The notes below the pieces were generated by a model. The model was given only the letters and a program-made list of their open reading frames with translations. It searched no databases and was not told the origin of the DNA. The translations under genes were made by a program, and so were the position numbers. A stretch of DNA of 64,000 nucleotides from an uncultured virus (IMG/VR IMGVR_UViG_3300031733_000001). Its lineage: Duplodnaviria; Heunggongvirae; Uroviricota; Caudoviricetes. Positions 63,639-64,000 of the stretch are shown in pieces (the first letter of the stretch is position 1; each line of letters starts with the position of its first letter). The stretch lies in IMG/VR virus record IMGVR_UViG_3300031733_000001; one strand, written 5' to 3'.

Positions 63639-63839
63639 ATGGATGACGTGACCGAGGCCAAGTTCGAGCAGATCATAGTGGATGCGATCGTCAGGGCAGA
63701 GACCATCGACCCCGACATGCCCTTCACCGACTTCTTCCAGGGCCTGTGCGTGATGAAGCGCAAGCTGGATGAGCGGCTGGACGAGGCTCGGGCGGATGCT
63801 GGAGTAGAGCCCCCGGACTTCAGGGGGTTCACGTTCTAG
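63639..63839 (+). CDS. small acidic hypothetical protein
   Basis: GGAGGGAG SD; divergent from the - strand operon. Confidence 0.5.
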   Translation: MDDVTEAKFEQIIVDAIVRAETIDPDMPFTDFFQGLCVMKRKLDERLDEARADAGVEPPDFRGFTF

Positions 63840-64000
63840 GGCAAAAGAGAGCCCGAAGGCTCTCTGCCTCTCCAACCCCCAGCTCACTTCATCCGACGCC
63901 GGTGGTCCTGAACCATCTTGTAGTAGGTGGTCCAGATCTTCCCGGAGTCCGTCTTGAACGTGTCTGACGCTTTCTTGTTGCCTTCCTGTGTCACGTCATC

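Noticed and set aside
1..64000. CRISPR arrays, tRNA/rRNA genes, IS elements, integrase, reverse transcriptase/DGR
   Set aside because: No regularly spaced direct repeats, cloverleaf or rRNA-like tracts, or transposase/integrase/RT motifs were recognised by eye; small RNAs cannot be excluded without a covariance search.

Overview
The window is part of a large, GC-rich tailed dsDNA phage genome with a contractile tail (myovirus-like, probably jumbo-sized), standard genetic code. From about 1 to 41.9 kb a + strand morphogenesis block encodes portal, GpA-type terminase, prohead protease, scaffold/core proteins, major capsid, neck proteins, baseplate spike, tail sheath and tail tube. It also contains a 2054-aa single-chain beta+beta' RNA polymerase. 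From about 42 to 64 kb a mostly - strand block carries small early/accessory genes, including intein-split ThyX, a radical SAM and stand-alone SPASM pair, an orphan sigma-70 region 4 protein, a candidate Acb2/Tad1-like sponge and many Zn-ribbon hypotheticals. Four observations stand out. (1) An 865-aa protein has an N-terminus made of short active-site-like peptides from prohead protease, PolA and terminase, a candidate multi-epitope immune decoy. (2) A K-x-A motif recurs across the head-region proteins and brackets basic glycine-zipper cargo segments. (3) The RNA polymerase is fused and minimised. (4) A GG(T/C/G)ATAAG motif recurs upstream of - strand genes and is a candidate promoter for that polymerase. 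All calls come from motif recognition by eye; no database searches were run.
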